Shown here in pieces: positions 43,401-58,406 of a DNA stretch of 64,000 bases. Each line of letters begins with the position of its first letter. Positions within the stretch are counted from its first letter, which is position 1. The stretch is from Octopus vulgaris (Eukaryota): NCBI GenBank assembly GCA_951406725.2, contig OX597824.1:98146001-98210000 (forward strand), given 5' to 3'. A program made the translations under genes and the position numbers. The notes below the pieces were generated by a model. It worked only from the letters and a program-made list of their open reading frames with translations. It searched no databases and was not told where the DNA came from.

Positions 43401-46400
43401 GCTAACGGTTCTGCCAAATCTAAGGGACATAACTCTAACAGGCTTAAAGGCCAGCTTCGTCCCGAAATTTTCGCTATTTACTTCTCGTAACTTGGATGCA
43501 GTATTGTGAGACTTCCAGTAAAAGAGTCCAAGCTACACTACTCCATTCAGTCATGTCACTTCGGAGGTTCTTTAACACAAAACTGTTTGCTAACAAAAAC
43601 TGATTGTTATGAAAGGAAATAAAAATCGTTATTTTCTAATTAAATACGAATGTGTTTAATTATACGAATGTCATTTTCTCATTTATGAAAACTTATTGGA
43701 AATCGATACTTCGAAGTCACAGTCACCGCTCTATTAAGAAGTTATTGAATAATTTATTCAGTTTAATGTGAAATTGTTTCTTTTCATAATTTGACATAAA
43801 AACATTTATAAATATGGGTGTGGAACTGCCACACCCACTCAAGACATCTAGATGCTGAGGGAGAGAGAGGATAAAGTGGTTCCCAAAGTGGGCGATATTG
43901 GCCCCTCCCCCAGGGGCAGTGGAAAGTTCCAAGGGGGCGTTGAAGAAAAGTGGGGCGATAATGGGTTTAACGATTCATGTAAAAACAACGAAATAAAGGG
44001 TTCCTTAGGTTAAGGTTTATTTGTGAAATACAGCTTCTACGGATTTGCTTCAGAAAGGGGTCTGTGTTTGTGATGGGTGGTTGGGGTGGGAGCAGTAGGA
44101 ATGTGGCTTGATGGTTAAGGATATGGCAGCTTGAAAAAGTTTGGGAAACACTCTGACCCAAGCAAGCATGGAAAAAGCAGATGTAAAACTATAAACGAAG
44201 ATAACGATGATGAGGATATTTGCCTCGGTTCTTAACGAGTAATTTATTTCCTTAAGGTCAGAAACATGAAAAATTAAGTCAACATCAACTGAATTTAAAC
44301 ATAGAATATAAAAGGACATAAGTAAACACCACAAGGTATTGTTTCTGGTCCTTTTATCAACTACTTCAACAAGAAGAAGAACAAGATTACCAGTTCTGAT
44401 GAGAGTTGTTTCTCAATTTCAGAGGCTTCCTTCTCCCATTTTCTTTTGAATGAAGAATCAAGAATTGCGTCGGGTTCACGGAATGGAGAATGAGACCTTG
44501 ACCTTGGGGTTGGCGTTGACTCCTTGACTTCTGATTCCATTACATCAGATGTAGGGGAGTCCTTGTCGTGGGTAAAGAGCAGGGATTTCTGAATTGTTGG
44601 TCGCACCTAGAGGAAGAAAACATCAACAAATGTATTTGGTGAACCAGAAAGGTAAAAATAAGGTTAACGAATATATTTTCAGAACTTACCAAACATTTTA
44701 CATCAAATGGCTGTAATTTTGAGGAACACCTCAAAGTGAAGATTCTCAGAAAATATTGACTCCACTGCACTTTCTGTCCTCAAAACGCATGAGGATAAAT
44801 ATATTTGTGAATCGCTAACGTCACACCCTTGACGAATGAATTAAAGTGTGTCAGGTAAATTCCATCACATTTATACAAAACTGTTTCACTAAGTCTTCTC
44901 TTTCTTGTTTTCTTTTTCTCCCTTGTTACCTGCAAAAACCGATGATGTCATTTTGTCTAAAAAGGAATGCAGGACATTCCCGTTCATATTCTGAATTTCT
45001 GTAGTTCTAGGTTCTTTCCATTTTACATTGTGAACCTGAGGGACATCATCATCATCCTTTAACGTCCGTTTTCCATGCTGGCATGGGTTGGACCGTTTGA
45101 CCAGAGCTGGCAAGCTGGAGAGCTGCACCAGGTTCCAGTCTGATTTGGCTTTCCACAGAATAACCATTCTAATCCTCCACTGCACTTCTTGTGTCCATGG
45201 CTTACACTGGGTGCACTGTATGGAATTTCTCCCAACACCCTCAGCGTACAATTTTCATCGTCCCACTACAAAGTATGACATCACTCCTTCCTTTCTCATT
45301 CATAAACACAAGAGTATTATTATAGTAGATTATCTCAGTAACCATGGGAGCTATGAAAAAATACAAAGCCCAGCATCACCACCAGATCATTCTACACATC
45401 TGTGTAATTTTTCGTGCAATTCCACCCGGCCGTTTGACTGTGAATCCCAAAACAAGAACGAATCTCCCATTTATATGTATAGATAATAATAATAATAATA
45501 ATAATAACAATAATAACTATAACTATGTAGACTTAAGTTAATAAGCAAAGAAACGGTTTAAAAACAGTGGCACCCAATATTTTGATGGCTTGACAAAGTG
45601 GAAAGAATGGTGATGGGGACAATAATAATAATAATATAAATGGTATAATATAATAAAAAGAACTGTTTCAACTCCATTACCTTCCGGCTATTTTTTTTGT
45701 CAAGTTTCTTCTGCCTCAATAGTGTCCGGCCCCGCAGTGGGACTTTGTTACTGCTGGGTTTCTTTAAGGTCTGTCGATTTTCTGTGAGCTTCCTGAAAAC
45801 AACAACAGCAGCAGCAGAAGAAGGATCATTAGTTACTAGAAAACACTAAGGAAATAATAATAATAATAATAACATTCATGTTGCACATGACACTGGAGTT
45901 CTCTCGAAAGAATTGCAGACAAACCCATCAAGGGATACTCACTTAATTGCCGATTCCAGACATTCTATCCAGTTTGTGACCTCTGCAGGATCAAGGGAAT
46001 ACAGAACTAAGGACTCCTCTTTGCAGGTGATCTGAAGAGTAAAGAAGGAGCAGAAAGCCAGAATTAGGGGTTCAAACAGGAGACAACAGAAGCAACTGTA
46101 CAAAGGAAACTGTAGAACAGATTAGTTAATTCTTTGGCTCAAAAGCAAAAAGCAAGGCCATGTAGGGGGACATGGAGTTAAGTACAGGGTGGTGTTCATG
46201 TAAAGAGTTCAGGTCATTTGTGGTCAAGGGAGACTTTGAACAAAGCGGTCGTCAGCATCTTCACCATCTCGTCTGGTAGCTTGTTCCACGGATCCGCAAC
46301 CCGGACGGAGAAAGCTCCTCTCCTTCGATTGAGATGAAATCGTCGCAGATAGAGCTTTTTGGAGTGACCCCGCAGCCGACGCTCTGGAGCAGGAGTGAAG

Positions 46401-49400
46401 AACAGCTCTTTCGAGAGGTTACACTTTCCGCTTATGATGTTGTGAGCGAGAATGAGATCACCACGGCGGCGGCGGCGGCGTTTTTCTAGAGAATAAAGGT
46501 CGAGCGTCCTCAGCCTTTCTTTGTAGGACAAATTTTTGAGACCATGAACCATGCGGGTAGCCAGCTTCTGGACTCTTTCGAGATGCTGTATGTCTTTGAG
46601 GAGATAAGGAGAAGAGGCTTGAATCCCGTACTCCAATATGGGTCTCACCAGCGTGACATAGAGCGGTAGGGTTGTAGGTTATACAGGTTTCAGGAGGAGA
46701 AAACATTTGGAAAGATTAACTCTTTAGAATTTAAATCAGTCACAGCCGACCCAAATACTCAACCTTGTTTTTTATGTTCAGACTAGCCAGATCCGGCCTC
46801 TCACACCTACCCTACAATGTCAGTCTAAACAGAAACAATCACATCATGGAAATCTCAAAGCTAGGAGATGATGAATGATTGAACACAATGTGAATAAATT
46901 GACATTACAGTTGGCAAAATGATTTGAATTCTAAAGAGTTAATCAGAAGAGAGAGAGAGAGAGAAAGTGGGAGTTAGAGGGAGAGAGAGAAAGAGATTTG
47001 ATCTCAAAACTGTGACTTTGTGCCAAATTTACTTACCTGGAACATGCCACCACTGTGGAGTTCCTTGTTATCTTCAAACAGTCGCTGTATGGTGCAGTGT
47101 CTGAGTGGCAAAACACAGCAACAGTTGAAAGAATTGCAAGTGTCCAGCAACTTTGGTTTGGCATAGATGAGCATGTCGGAGAAGAGGAAGAACATTCGGT
47201 CATGAGACTTGCCTCCTTTACGAGCGACCTGGAGAGAAGAAGTAGAGGGTGGTTTCTGGAGGTAAATAAACAAGCATAATACACACCATCAGGTGTTCAA
47301 ATCCTGCTCAAAGCATTGTTCAGTCATCAAAAAACTCATAAAAAGCCACAAAGGAGTTTCTATATCACGTGAGAAACTCCATGACCTGTGGGTGAAATTT
47401 CACCCATAATGAAACTTGAAACTGCCATCAGGTGAACTATCAGAACATGGCATTGGAATACTGCAATGATGGATATATATTACGTTTGAGTACATAAAAG
47501 GCAGGAAGGTCAGAGTTGGACTCGGATACTCATTTATCCTCGGTCAGCTGGATCAAATGTGATCTGAAGTTTGAGAATTAAGAAACCACCTCCTTGTCCA
47601 TGTGACTCTCTCTACGATGTCTATCTGTCTATCTATCTATCTATCTATATACACACATATATATATATATACATATATAGTCACTTGTGTGTCCCTAGAA
47701 CTTAGTTTGACACAAATACACTCTTAAACGCCTGAATCCCTCAACATAAGCACACACACACACATATAAACATCTCCCCCCTTACTCAGGATTCCCTAAA
47801 CTTCAGTAGAACATCAATACACAATAAATAAACACCCTCCTAAACTCCTGGGTCCATAAGCCTTAGTAGAAGTCAACCAAATGGTGTTTTTGCATTAACA
47901 TAGAGAGCAAGAGATATACAAAGGAGTGGGTAATCAATCTAATCGACCTCAGCATATGACAGGTAGATTATTGAGTCAACGTCAACAGTATAAAAGACAA
48001 AATTGACCCTGGAGCTACTCAGACACAGAATATAAAAAGGATTTAACTAAGCACCAGTAAGCATTTAATCTTAATCTTTTCTGAAACTAAGACTCAAATA
48101 AAAAATAAAAAATAAAAAAAAAACAAATCAAAACCAAGGGAAGTAACTTCTCCAGTCCAATGGTTTACAATCGCAGCAACGCAAAAAGCTAAAAGTTGTT
48201 TTAACTTTCTGTTGGACAGAAATGGACTCTGCCACGAGGTTATGGTGAACATTGGACTCTACCAATCTATCTTGCCCTCGACACTCGAAGAAAAAGACTT
48301 TGATAAAAATACAAACATTCCATTAAACGTCAAAAATGATTTTAATTCAGAAGGGTGAGTTGCTAAATATAAGGGGTTTTTTTCAGTGAGAACCCCACAA
48401 TATTTAATAGAGGAACAGACACCTCTGACCCCACTGATCAACGTGAAAGGGTCTTGTGTGGGGATCCTAACATTTATTGTAGCTACAGGAGTTACTATTT
48501 GAAAATACTCTGACCAAACTGAGGGAGTCCTGAATAACATAATATAGCTATGGGACCCTTAATCAGGTGGACTCTACTGACCAACACTACAAGAAGACAG
48601 CAGGGTCCATGCTACAGCCTATATTTTCCATGGCAACCACGCCATTTACAGATAACAAAAAGACAGTCGCAGTTTATATACAAGAGAGATGATACTGAGA
48701 ACAAAGGAAATACAGATTTGCAATGTCTTTGTTCCATCGGAAGGGAATTTGACAGTTGTGGGTCAGAAAGGAAATCTTCAGTACATGGAGTAGGAAGGGA
48801 CCGGAGGTATTTATAGAGATGACCATTATCAGCTTGGGTGGTCGTGGCAAGGCTGAGTTACTCACTTTTCGGAGTGCTCCTTCTCGAATAAACTCTCGAC
48901 CAGGAGACAGGATTTTCGGAGTCGTTCCCAGAGATTTCTGGATGCTGAGCATCTTCTGGAAGTTTTCATGCTGTCGGATATGTTCATTGATGTGGAACGC
49001 TATGTTGCAGATTTCTTTTGCAGCCTCTGAAATATTTACAAAGAGAAAGAGATGAGAGAAGGAGAGAAGGTTCGGCTGCAGAAAGAAATAAAGGCAAACA
49101 AACAAATAACGGTCCAGAACCATAAGATATTGCTTCTGTCTTGTTACAGTTTCATTTCTTTCACTTCCAGGAACATAAAAATATTTAATTTAAAAAAAAA
49201 AAAAAGATGTTCAATGTAAACCACCAGCATCACCCCATCTTTATTGTGGTGGGCATTAGGAAGGGCATCCAGCTGTAGAAACCCTGCCAGATCAGATTGG
49301 AGCCTGGTGCAGCCTCCTGGCTTGCCAGTCCTCAGTCAAACCGTCCAACCCATGCCAGCATGGAAAGCGGACGTTAAACGACAATGATGATGATGATGAA

Positions 49401-52400
49401 TTATATCTACCAATATAAACTACTGTAGTAGCACTAATACTAACAATTGTAGCTACAAAGGACTTGTTCAATATACACGCAATAACGCAGCCAGTTAAAA
49501 CGCACCAGAGGGACATCTTTGGTTATATACACCCACCTGTCCGTTTACATACCCTCATCCCCACCCCACCCCCAGGGCCATTTGTAGTGAAATACAAATC
49601 TTACCTTGTAAGTCATGGTAGTCGTAGTGAGAGGTGGGCGTGTGTTCCAGTAAATCTTCCAGCAACAGTTTATATCTGAGAGAATGGGAACAGACAATAT
49701 TTAGGGGATTAAAAGGGGATGGCAAAAGGGTGTGTGTGTGTGTGAGAAGCAAATGGCTGAAGAATGAAAAACAGAAAGAACTTGGTAAAAATAGTTTTCC
49801 TTTTTTTCTGTAATATTGTCTGGACATTTCATGTCATCTTTAAGGAATTTCTTCTTCTTCTTATGTTCTGGGATTCAATAATCTTTTGATACCAGATAGC
49901 AACACTTTCATGTCTGCTTTTCTAGACATGCAAGAATTTGTTCCAAACACCATCTTAATTATTTACTGATATATATTTTGTCTTTTATTAACGTTCCATC
50001 TTAATGTATTTGTTTTTATGTCCCAAACAGAACGGTTGAAAAACTAGGTATTTCGTTATTTCCTTCCAAATTCTTGATTATTTTAGGAATTACTCAAAAC
50101 ACAAAGAAAATTTATTCCATTAGTGATAAGGTTGAAAAGGATTATCGTAGCAAGAACTCATTTCAGAAATACAAACAATTTACCTTGGAACTCTTTGAAC
50201 AGGTGTGATTAATAATGCATTGAACTTTAATCCCATAACTTCGGGCCTGGCTTCTTGGTTTTGGATGAACTCAGCAAATTCAGAGCTTTTCTGTAACCAT
50301 TCCTGCAGAGGAAACAATTTCTTTCAAATAAAGACATGGACCATTTATAAAGTCAGTAAAATGTCGTTCAGGTCTAAATTCATTAGACTATGGCCATCCT
50401 TAACCCCGTCGCACCGTTTCCCTGCGAAAGCAGGAATAGGTGGAAAGGCATCTCTACCAGATTCTCAGTAAAGAATTAACCATCAACACACGTCAAAGAA
50501 GAAGATGCAACTGATTCCGGCCATTTACTTGCAATTGTTACTCTTGAGCTGTGAATGCAACTATTTATTTTTGCTCGGGAGCCCAAGGGGGAAAGTAAAG
50601 TTGACACAGGGACCCAGGTGTGAGAGTTAAATTACAACTCGTTTCCCGGTGTAACTGACTTTTAGAGTTACCTCCCTTACTACACATCTTTGCTTACCAC
50701 AGAAAAGCGTTCTAGAGTCAACACCTGCATGATTCGGTGAAACAATGAGCCAAGACAGCAACCGTCACACGTTCCCTTTCAGGACGCTAGAAACAGCAGC
50801 CATATGTCCCTCGAATAATTTTCCATTTTTAAAAAACAAGATATAGAATGTAGTCGCAGATACGCTGTGTCTAAATAAAAGATGGCAATGGTCCCAGCTG
50901 AGACATTTTGAATTCTAGGCTTAAGGCGGCAAAATGGCAGAATTGTTAGCACACCAGGCAAAATGCTTAGAGGTGTTGTGTCCGTGTTTACGTTCTGAGT
51001 TCAAATTCTACCGAGGTCAACTTTGCCTTTCATCCTTTCGGGGGTGATGAAATGAGTACCAGTTACGTACTAGGGTCGATGTAATCGCTTTATCCCCTCC
51101 CCACAAAAAATTTCAGGCCTTGTACCTATAACAGAAAGGATTTTTAATTATAGGTTGACTGGATCAGGACTGACCTGGGGTCAATTGAATTGGAGTAAAG
51201 AGTTAGTGACGAGTCTTACTTGGAGTGTAGGACTGAGATTTATTACAGAATGATAGGTCTTAGAGTTGAGTGACAGGTCTTTCTCAGTGACATTGTTTAA
51301 CCCCAAGTCAACCCCAACTGAGCAAACTTATTAAAAACGTTCTAGATATGACCACCCCATATGTACAAATAACCTAAGAGCAAATTACCTAACAGGTTCT
51401 TTCTTTAAGACAGTAAAAAACGACTGAGAGGGATTTTGGCTGTTATTTCTGGGAAGTCAATTTAATTTGTTTGTCAATGTTACAGTCTCATATAGAGCTG
51501 TGGAGTGACAGGTGTTTGGAGAATAGATTAAAGGGGTGGTGGGTAAAAATGTGACAAGTCTTTCTCTGAGTGTAACATACTGAGGTTTAGAATGACAAAC
51601 TTTAGTCAGAGTGCAAGATGCAGATGTGGAGAGTGTAACAAATATTATTTTGAGTGCAACATACAGATGTGTAGAGTGTGAAAGATCTTACTTGGAATGT
51701 GGCCAGTGCTTGAGTGTGGTTGTTAGCATAAGTGGAGTAGAGTTTGAGAAAAGGCCCCAGGGAGAGGAAAGCTTGTCCTATGGTGTTCTGTTCCATTTGA
51801 TCCAGCAGCTTTATGTTCACATGTTGGATTTGTTCGATGTTGCTGAACAGTTTGTTGTGGACGGCCTCTGGAATGATGCAGTCGAATCGCAGCGGGAAAA
51901 AGAAGAACTGGGAAAAAACAAAACACAACAAATAAATACAGAAACCAACAAAAAGAAAATCAGTCTTCTATTGCTTTTATTTCAACTGTTGTTCAGCCCC
52001 CTGCACTGGAGTTTAAACCATGTAATGACACATACTGTATGTTCTAATAAAATAATCAACTTTTACCTGCCACTTATCTTTTAATCTGGAACCAATAAGC
52101 AGATTTCAAGGTGATATTTGGATTCAGCGCACAAAAATACATTGGAATAAACTAGTCTCAATTAAGAAGCACAAAACCTGTAATTAGTCTGGCTCGTTCT
52201 GTTTTTAGGTGTGATTTAATGTAGATTTGGCTGCTATTTCTAGTAGGTGAAGCAATCATGCAGGATCTCCCTTGTGGTCAATAAAGGGAGAAGGATCGGT
52301 AGAGATACAGAATTAATTATGGGGGTAGGGAGGTCAATGTGATTAGTACAGAGGAGGAAGGGGAGTGGATAGACAACGGGAACATCACAACAAACAGGTG

Positions 52401-55248
52401 TATCACAACAGTAGCCTCAGCAAGGGTACCACAACAGCAACACTTAATAAAGGACCACAAATGCCACTTACTCGGTGTATGATGTCCAAGAGGTTTTGGT
52501 AAGTCTTCTCCGTTTCAAAGATTTCTTTGATGATTTTCCGGCGCCGTTTCTCTCGTTTCGCTTCATTGAATGCTGCTATTTTGGAACGCTCTTCCGGAGA
52601 TCTGTACTCAGCCTTTTCTTCTTGTGCAATCTCGTTTAATACTGAAGAAACAACAACAACCGCAACAAGAACCATATTAATTTGGAATGTGAGTGGAAGG
52701 CCAGACATTTGTGAGGAATGCATATAGTTGAGACCAACCCCAGTAGATGACAGGTACATTATTTTTAAACCTCAGGAGCAGGAAAGGCAAACTTGTCCAT
52801 GATGAGATTTGAACCCAGGACATAAATGGCCACAAGTGAATACTGCCAAACACTATGAATGATGTTCTACTGATTTTTTACAATCCCCCCACCTCAACTT
52901 AATAATGGTTTCTAATTTTGGCACAAGGCCAGCAATTTTTAGAGGTATGGGTTTAGTTAATTACATCAATCCCCAGTGCTCAAGTGGTCCCTTATTCTAT
53001 TGACCCCAAAAGGCAAAAAGCAACTTCCATGAAATTCAAACCCAGGACATAAAGAGCTGGAAGAAATTACCTCCAAGATGACACATTAACAATTCCGTCC
53101 AACAGGTTAACAATTCTATCTGACAGGTACAGTTCTGCCTTCTTACCAACTTTTTCCTCACTTTTAGCACAAGACCAGCAATCCTGAGAAGATGGGACAA
53201 GTGCATCAACCCCCAATATGTGACTGGTATTTCATTTTATCACTCTAACGATTATAGAAATAATAATCCTTTTTGTTATGGGTACAAGGTCTGGAATTTG
53301 GTGAGAGGGGCCAGTCAATTACTATGAACCCAATACTCAACTGCTCCTTATTTTATCAACCCAAAAAAGATAAACTCAGAATGTAAACAGTCATAATTAA
53401 TCACCACCAGACAAAATGTCTGATGCTCTACCAACTCAATAGCCTAAGGTCTACAAACAAAAAAAAAGAGAAAAAGACCCCATAAATTTCGAAAATTATC
53501 CAAACAAAGCAACCATATTTATTTGGTAGAGCAATGGAAGTAGGTTTTGGTTGTTTGTTTTTGGTCACAACCAAGAATTTCATCCATTTGAAGATATAAG
53601 CCTTTTTAATAACAACAAGTACGATACAATGGTTGCGTTTCAAAATGACTGAAAGACTTGTTTACCTTGGATTCTACTCCTTAAGGACATCATGATGACG
53701 GTCAGAGAATCTGAACAACCTGTGGAGAAAGAACATGGCAGGATGGAGAAATGGATGGAATATTTTATAGAATGATGAAGGAGCTCAGATTGGTGAGAAC
53801 CATCTGTTACCTGGAATAATAGAAAACATTACAGAATGGCTGAGAAATGGTAAAAGAATATTGAACAAGCTCATAGAATGATCACATGATAAAACAGATG
53901 GAAGACATCAGAGAATGAAGAAATATTGTACCAAAAAAGTAAAAGACATCAAAGAAAAGTCAAAGCAGAAAGACAGAGAAGCCCTGATGAGGAACAAACC
54001 TGTTATTTCCAAGAAATCCAATGACATAGTCTTCAGAGAAACAAAAGTAACAATAAAAATGATTCCAAGCTTGTTACAGATTTGCAATGGGAGGATATAG
54101 TCTCTATTCTGTCACACATACCCTCAGTACATAACTGGTACAGAAAGATTTCATTAGTTGACTGATAGAATTGGTCCTAAGAATGCGAGAGGATACAATT
54201 AAATAGGGAATGGCCATATTATTTGCCACAGTGTGGCACTTTGGGCAAGAATCCTCTACTATAGCCTCAGACTAACCAAATCTCTTGAGAGTAGATTTCA
54301 TCATTGTTTAACGTCCGCTTTCCATGCTAGCATGGGTTGGACGATTTGACTGAGGACTGGCAAACCAGATGGCTGCACCAGGCTCCAATCTGATCTGGCA
54401 GAGTTTCTACAGCTGAATGCCCTTCCTAACGCCAACCAGTCCAAGAGTGTAGTGGGTGCTTTTACATGCCACTGGCATGAGGGCCAGTCAGGCGGTACTG
54501 GCAACAGCCACGCTCAAGTGGTGTTTTTTACGTGCCACCTGCATAGGAGCCAATCCAGTGACACTGGCAACGACCTCGCTCGAATGTTTTTCACATGCCA
54601 GTAAGGCGACGCTGGTAACGATCATGTTGGAATGGTGCTTTTTACGTACCACCAGCACAGAAGCCAGTCAGATGCTCTGGCAACGATCAATCACACTCAG
54701 ATGGTGCTCTTAGTGCTCCACTGGACAGATTTGGTTGGTGAAGACTAAAAGAAGCCTGCTGAATATATATGTATGTGCGTGTGTCTGTGTTTGTCCTCCA
54801 CCACTGGACAACCAGTGCGGGTTTGTTTACATCCCTGTAACTTAGCAGTTCGGTAATAGAAACTGATAGAATAAGTACCAGGCTTGAAAAGAAATAAGTC
54901 CTGGAGTCGATTCCTTTGACCATCACCTTCTTCAGGGAAGTGTTGCCCCAGCATGGCCACAGTCTGATGACTGAAACAAATAGAAGATAACAGATAAAAA
55001 GACATTTGCAGTAGAACTAATCGATGGTGCCCTCAGCCAGGTTTTCTTGGCTTTCTGTGCCTCTGTTTGATATCATTGACCAGAGAAAACAAATATTATC
55101 CTACAGGAGAATCAACAAAACACACCAACTGTCACAGGATGGTAGGCATTATATACTAATGCTCCCCAACTTGCGGTCCATGGACCCCTGGTGGTCTACA
55201 AAGGTAGTAGTACTGGGGAGGGGGTCCATGAACTAAATTCAAAATTTC

Positions 55249-55280
<32 letters not shown>

Positions 55281-56469
55281 ATAACAGAAATAAGTTACAA
55301 AAAGAAAGTAGAAACTACATGTGGAAATGTAAGGGGAAAGTAAGAAGAAAAATAAGCGAAAATGCACACACACATATCATCATCATCGTTTAACGTCCGT
55401 TCTCCATGCTATATATATATACATGCTCTTCTTAATGCCAACCAATTCACAGAGCGTGGATTGAACCTGGACGCAAAATTCTTACCACACATCCACGTCT
55501 TAAGTTCTCTATAATCAACCTCAGCACAATCAAAGGTGAAGCTGACATGGGTGAAATTTGAACTCACAACACAAAAGACACAACTAAATTTTATTCAGTA
55601 ACCAATTTGGTCGTCCCAGGTACCCTAATCGTGGGTTTAGTCTGCAACCCAAGACGTCACAGTTTTACTTTCTAATTCAGGAATAAGGTCTAAAAACTTT
55701 GATTACATCGATACCAATATTTGATTGGTGCTTTATTTCATTGACCTCGTAAAGGTCGAAAAGTCGAAATTTGAACCTAGAATTAAAGAGCCGAGAAAAA
55801 TATTGCAAATTCTGAAAACTCGCCGCCTTATTAATAATAATAATATTATTATCATTTTATTATTTCAAATTTTTGCCTCAAGGGTAGCTTGGGAGAGGTG
55901 AGGACGAGTCGATTACATCGACCCCAGTGTTCAACTGGTACTTACTTTATCGACTACAAAAGGATGAAAGTAAAGTCGACCTCGGCGGAAATATGAACTC
56001 AGAACATAAGGACGGGCGAAATACCTATTTCTTTACTACCCACAAGGGGCTAAACACAGAAGGGACAAACGGATGAAGTCGATTACATCGAATCCAGTGC
56101 GTAACTGGTACTTATTTAATCGACCCCGAAAGGATGAAAAGCAAAGTCGACCTCGGCGGAATTTGAACTCAGAACATAACGGCAGACGAAATACTAAGCA
56201 TCTCGCCCCTCATACAAACAATTCTGCCAGCTCGATGCCTTTCTTTTTAACAATTTTTTCTTAAATGGTGTAGATTGTATCTTTATGTCTATAAGTACAT
56301 ATTTTTGTTCTCCTAACATAGTTAATCAATTGCCATAGTTAATGTGTCTAGGGATGCGTGTGTGGAGTAAGATGGTTTTATTTCCCGTATCCCGGAAGGA
56401 TACAACAATCCTTAACGAACTTTGTCAAAAAATTGGAGAAGCGGAAGAACTAAAGGCCTCCATATACAC

Positions 56470-56500
<31 letters not shown>

Positions 56501-58366
56501 TATTGTGTGTATCTTGTGTGTGTGTATATATTGTGTGTGTGTGTCTTGTGTAATCAATGAAAGAAAGTAACTTGAGAGCTTTTATAAAAGTCAGGCTAAT
56601 CAGGAGATTAACGAAACATCCCTCATTTCTATCCAGAAATACCTTTTCCCGCTTCATACACCGACCTTATATTTCTTATATCAGTGTCAGACATTCAACC
56701 ACGGCCAGGCTGGAGCCACGACAGTCGCTTTTTCCTCTTTCTTTTTAGGTGTGACCCCGTGCAATGTCCTGGCATTTAAATTTGCTGACCTCAAAAGAAA
56801 AACAGCAGGATTTAAACGGATTTAAAACATTCACACATAAACCTATTATATATATATACATACGGATCGCCACATATAAATAAATATAGAAAGACATAAA
56901 TACACACAAGAGACATCAATTAATTAATAAACGAAATCCTCCTTAATTACCTCATTCGCTTTTCAGTTGTTGTTGTTTGAATTTCGTGCCACAACGTTCA
57001 GCACTGAAGACTGATCTCTCTTCTCATTGGTCCATATTTCTACCGCCTCACTCTCTACTTCCTCTCTTTATTTCTCCCTTTTCTCTCTCTATCTTTCTCT
57101 TTATTTGCACGCTCTCTCTCTCTCTCTTTATAGTTTATCTTGCTTTTCTACTAATTTGTTTCTCTCTTTCTTCTTACCCTCTCAATGTATTCTCTCACTC
57201 TTTTCTCCCATTCTCTTCCTTTTCTCTCTTTCTTTTTACTCTCTCTCTCTCATCCCGTGCAAAATTATTGTCACTCTTTTCCCTAATTTAATTTTATCTT
57301 TACTCAAAATATTTCCAGTTAGCTTTTTGCTTTTTAATGTTCCTTGTGCACATAATATATACACAAATACAAACCTGTATACGTTTATATGGATATTAAA
57401 GCTGAAAAGTCTCTATTTAGAAACAGTAACAACTTATAAAGAATAAGAGGAAAATAGGTAAGAAATAAGAAAAGAAAATAATAAAAATTTATAGGAAATA
57501 ATAAGAAATACATATAACTTACTTTTAAAGAGAAAGGGTATTAAAATTTGAGGTTGGGAAGAGATAAAGGTAACCCGAAAAGCGGAGGTATGGGCGTAGC
57601 GAGGGCAGTTGGAGGTATTCAGACCGAAGAGATTTCAGAAGTGGTAATGTTACAGGTGCTGTTATATATATATGATTGGCAATCTTTCGTCTCGGGCAAC
57701 TAGAGACGAAAGATCGCCATATGATTTTATAGTTTCTATGGGGTATATAATTAGGAGACTTACTTACATAAAAGCCATTACATCATCATCATCGTTTAAC
57801 GTCCGCTTTCCATGCTAGCATGGGTTGGACGGTTTGACTGAGGACTGGCGAGCCAGAAGGCTGCACCAGGCTCCAATCTGATCTGGCAAAGTTTCTACAG
57901 CTGGATGCCCTTCCTAACGCCAACCACTCCGAGAGTGTAGTGGGTGCTTTTACAAGCCACCGGCATGATGGCCAGTCAGGCAGTACTGGCAACGGCCACG
58001 CCCTAATGGTGTTTTTTACGTGCCACCTGCACAGGGGCCAGTGCAGCGGCACTGACAATGACCTCGCTCGAATGTTGCTTTTCACGTGCCACCGGCACAA
58101 GTGCCAGTATGGCGATGCTGGTAACGATCACAGTCAAATGGTGCTTTTTACGTGCCACCGGCATGGGAGCCAGTCAGCAACCCTGGCAACAATCACGCTC
58201 GGAGGGTGCTCTTAGCGCCCCACAAGCATGGATGCCAGTCATGTGGTGCTGTCATCGAATTTGATTTCGATTTCACTTGCCTCAACAGGTCTTTCCAATG
58301 AAGGAAAGGTACGCATTTTCTTTATTATTATTATTATTATTATTACTATCACTATTATTATCATTC

Positions 58367-58406
<40 letters not shown>

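Noticed and set aside
46470-46490. Extra Arg codons in the CR1 fragment (RRRRRRGD)
   Set aside because: Simple (CGC)n slippage in a dead element.
40378-52641. FGD-family (FYVE-containing) identity for the RhoGEF
   Set aside because: No FYVE or second PH exon was found, and the frame closes at 40378.
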